Assembly (NCBI GenBank): GCA_903898185.1
Contig: CAIUEN010000050.1
Span: forward strand, 1 to 18,386
Reading direction: 5' to 3'
DNA length: 18,386 nucleotides
Source: an uncultured Verrucomicrobiales bacterium
Lineage (GTDB): Bacteria > Verrucomicrobiota > Verrucomicrobiia > Limisphaerales > Palsa-1400
The position numbers and the translations under genes are program-made. Under the pieces are notes generated by a model that was given only the letters and a program-made list of their open reading frames with translations, was not told the DNA's origin and made no database searches. The first letter of the stretch is position 1. The number at the start of each line of letters is the position of its first letter. Of the stretch, positions 15,873 to 18,386 are shown in pieces.

Positions 15873-18140
15873 TCAACCGCGCCTGTGCCGCAACCGCAGC
15901 GCGTTGCCGACAACGATCAAATCGGAAAGCCCCATCGCCGCCGCGCACAGAACCGGGCTGATAAAACCGAGCGCGGCCAGGGGCACCGCAGCCGCATTAT
16001 AAAAGAACGCCCAGAACAGGTTTTGCTTTATGGTCCGTAGCGTGGCTCGGGCGAGGTCAAGGGCTTCTGGAATCGCCTGGATGTCGGATCGAAGCAGGAT
16101 CAGGTCGGCGGCCTCGTTCGCCACGTCGGAAGCATGGCTGACCGCAATGCCAAGATCCGCCTGCTCCAAAGCCGGAGCGTCATTGATGCCGTCGCCGACA
16201 AATGCCACACGTTCGCCGCGCTCCTGCAACTCTTTGACAAGCTCAGCCTTCTTTTCCGGGCGTATTTCCGAAAAGACCTCCGAAATGCCGATCTGCCGCG
16301 CGATGGCATGGGCCGTGCGTGGGTTGTCCCCGGTGATGAGGTACGTTTTTAGTCCCGCGTCTTGAAGCGATTTGACAACCCGGTCCGCTCCTGGCTTGAC
16401 CATGTCCCGCAGGGCAATCAAGGCGGCCAGTTTGTCGCCGATTGCCAGGCCCAGGATCGTTGCTCCCTGTTCCATCCACCTCAGCGCGAACTCTTCGCCC
16501 GCTCGCGCGTCGATCCCCGACTCCTGAAGCCACGCCATCGAACCCAGCCTTGCTGTCACCGGCAAATCTTCGGGTTGATTCCATTGCGCCTGAACGCCAG
16601 CGCCACGGACCTCGCGCCAGTCGCTCAGCGCGTTGGAGCGGATAATCCTGTCTGCCTCAAGCTCTGCCTCCAGGCAAAACACCGCTTTGCTCAATGGATG
16701 GTTCGAAGGGCGGGCCAGCGCGGCGGCTATTGGCATTAGAGACTCGCTTGTGTGGCCTGCGGCAAACGCGCGGGTCTCAGCCACAGTCGGCTTTCCAAAG
16801 GTCAGCGTGCCGGTTTTGTCAAATACAATCGCAGTGATCCGTCCCGCTCGTTCAAGGGCGATGCCGTCACGGATGAGGATGCCGCGCCGGGCGGCTGCAT
16901 TCGCGCCAGCCATGATGGCGATGGGTGTGGCGAGTCCCATGGCGCAGGGACAGGCCACGATCAATACCGCAGCAGCGCACATGATGGCTGTCGCCAGCGT
17001 CGAGTCGCCGACTCGCGCCGACCATAAATAGTGGCCCAAGAACCCGGTGACCGCCCGAGCGTGGTCTGGCGCAAGCCCCCACCATAAACCGGTTGCCAAG
17101 GCAATCAGCGCCACCAGAGGCACGAACACGTTGCTGACCCGATCTGCCATGCGTTGAACATCGGCGCGGCTGTTCTGGGCTCGCTGTACCGCGGCAATAA
17201 TGTGCGCCAGCGCCGTCGCCTCTCCGGTTGCGGTCACACGCATGACAAGTTGCCCGTTTACATTCATTGATCCGGCAAAGAGTTTCTCACCGGGGCCTTT
17301 GTCGATCGGAATCGATTCTCCTGTCAGCATCGATTCGTCCACAGCGGATTGACCTTCGACCACAGCCCCGTCGGTTGGAATTCGATCTCCAGGACCGAGG
17401 ATGATGACGTCATTGACGCGGAGAGATGCCACCGGAGTCTCGCTCACCGAGCCGTTGGGATTGTGACGACGCGCCTTTTGCGGAGTTAAATCCAGCAGCG
17501 CGCGCAACGAACTCTCCGCACGGCGGCTCATGCGCGCTTCCAGCCAGTGCCCGGCGCTGATCAGCGTGATGATCACCGCCGCTTCCATGAAAAACAAATG
17601 TTCGCCTCGCGCTCTCAGCAGAACCCAAACGCTGTAGCCGAACGCGGTGGTCGATCCAAGAGACACCAGGGTGTCCATGCTCGAACTCCCCACCTTGAGT
17701 TGGTTCCAAGCGCCGCGATAAAACCTTGCTCCGCAAATCACCTGAACCGGAAGCGCGAGGAAAAAGCCCAGCCACTGAAACCATCGCTCCATTTCAAGTC
17801 CCAGCAACCATTCTCCCGCCAGCAGAGGCATTGCGCAACAAGCGCCCAGCGCTACGTTGAATCCCCATCCGCGCAAACGCCGCTTGGGTTTCAGCTCGGC
17901 TTCCAGCGGTTTGGCCTCATAACCTGCTGCCCTGACTGCTGCCGTCAGCGCCTGCGGTTGGGGCGATTGTTCCGGTTTCCATTGAACACGCGCGCGTCCA
18001 TCCTCCAACGAAACCATCACCGAGGCCACTCCCGGAACCCCTTGCAACGCCTCTGAGACATGGCGCGCGCAATTGCGGCATGTCATCCCGGTGATGGATA
18101 GTTCTGTAATGTTTGGCGTTGAATCAGTGGCAACGGACAT
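15873..18140 (-). CDS. copA: Copper-translocating P1B-type ATPase (CopA-like), 755 aa
   Basis: An N-terminal HMA domain with GMTCRNCARHV (CxxC), the TM6 CPC motif (VACPCAMGLATP), DKTGTLT at the phosphorylation site and a GDGINDAPAL hinge. It is convergent with the beta-CA-like gene, separated by a 21-bp gap. Confidence 0.9.
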   Translation of the reverse strand: MSVATDSTPNITELSITGMTCRNCARHVSEALQGVPGVASVMVSLEDGRARVQWKPEQSPQPQALTAAVRAAGYEAKPLEAELKPKRRLRGWGFNVALGACCAMPLLAGEWLLGLEMERWFQWLGFFLALPVQVICGARFYRGAWNQLKVGSSSMDTLVSLGSTTAFGYSVWVLLRARGEHLFFMEAAVIITLISAGHWLEARMSRRAESSLRALLDLTPQKARRHNPNGSVSETPVASLRVNDVIILGPGDRIPTDGAVVEGQSAVDESMLTGESIPIDKGPGEKLFAGSMNVNGQLVMRVTATGEATALAHIIAAVQRAQNSRADVQRMADRVSNVFVPLVALIALATGLWWGLAPDHARAVTGFLGHYLWSARVGDSTLATAIMCAAAVLIVACPCAMGLATPIAIMAGANAAARRGILIRDGIALERAGRITAIVFDKTGTLTFGKPTVAETRAFAAGHTSESLMPIAAALARPSNHPLSKAVFCLEAELEADRIIRSNALSDWREVRGAGVQAQWNQPEDLPVTARLGSMAWLQESGIDARAGEEFALRWMEQGATILGLAIGDKLAALIALRDMVKPGADRVVKSLQDAGLKTYLITGDNPRTAHAIARQIGISEVFSEIRPEKKAELVKELQERGERVAFVGDGINDAPALEQADLGIAVSHASDVANEAADLILLRSDIQAIPEALDLARATLRTIKQNLFWAFFYNAAAVPLAALGFISPVLCAAAMGLSDLIVVGNALRLRHRRG

Positions 18141-18193
18141 AATCCCAGTATGCGTCTGAAACCTCCCAGCGTCCAGCGGAGGCAGTCAGCAAT

Positions 18194-18307
18194 CAGCAAT
18201 TCTCATTATGAGCAAGAAAGTGGAAAAACGCTGTTCTGTCCACGTACGGAGTTTTCGACTCCCGGCGGAGCCAGAGGCACTGCAACCGGCAGGCCAGAGG
18301 CCTACCC
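18194..18307 (+). repeat. Roughly 115-bp intergenic element, copy 2, upstream of copA on the opposite strand
   Basis: Same element as 8266-8380, in the same orientation and about 85% identical. The left arm is partly duplicated (cagcaatcagcaattctcatt). The right inverted-repeat arm is absent, and similarity ends at cctaccc. Confidence 0.6.
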
Positions 18308-18386
18308 TAGGGTGTTGAATTGAGGAGAAAGAGTTCATGCATCAAGAGTTCCTTGAATTCCATGGGTTTTATCTTACAATCTGAAC

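Overview
High-GC bacterial chromosomal window; the phylum cannot be assigned from sequence alone. Left to right:

- **130-1056 (-)**: a C-terminally truncated Type I restriction-modification HsdM-family methyltransferase remnant, with a tightly coupled 63-aa ORF upstream of it (1060-1251).
- **1434-3140 (-)**: an IS1634-family (IS4-related) transposase, i.e. an insertion sequence lying between the hsdM remnant and dnaE.
- **3388-7398 (+)**: dnaE, the DNA polymerase III alpha subunit. It carries a striking in-frame insertion of about 4.25 tandem copies of an 84-bp (28-aa) repeat with a palindromic core.
- **7415-14647 (+)**: a tightly packed cluster 17 bp downstream of dnaE. It holds two small helical WXG100-like proteins sharing a 'DSW(Q/R)D' motif, a 190-aa helical protein, a roughly 1290-aa membrane ATPase with three tandem FtsK/SpoIIIE-like domains (only the middle one has intact Walker A/B), then an NfeD-like membrane protein and a flotillin (SPFH) protein. 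I read this as a divergent, minimal type VII secretion (T7SS)-like module physically coupled to a flotillin/NfeD scaffold. It is the most interesting candidate system in the window.
- **8266-8400 and 18194-18307**: two copies of a roughly 115-bp intergenic element in the same orientation. The first is bracketed by a 14-bp inverted repeat that exactly fills the stop-to-start gap.
- **14762-14963**: a cluster of GC-rich palindromic (REP-like) elements after the flotillin gene.
- **15015-15851 (+)**: a beta-carbonic-anhydrase-like protein.
- **15873-18140 (-)**: a convergent Cu(I)-type P1B ATPase (CopA-like).

Many long antisense ORFs in the six-frame track are high-GC artefacts.
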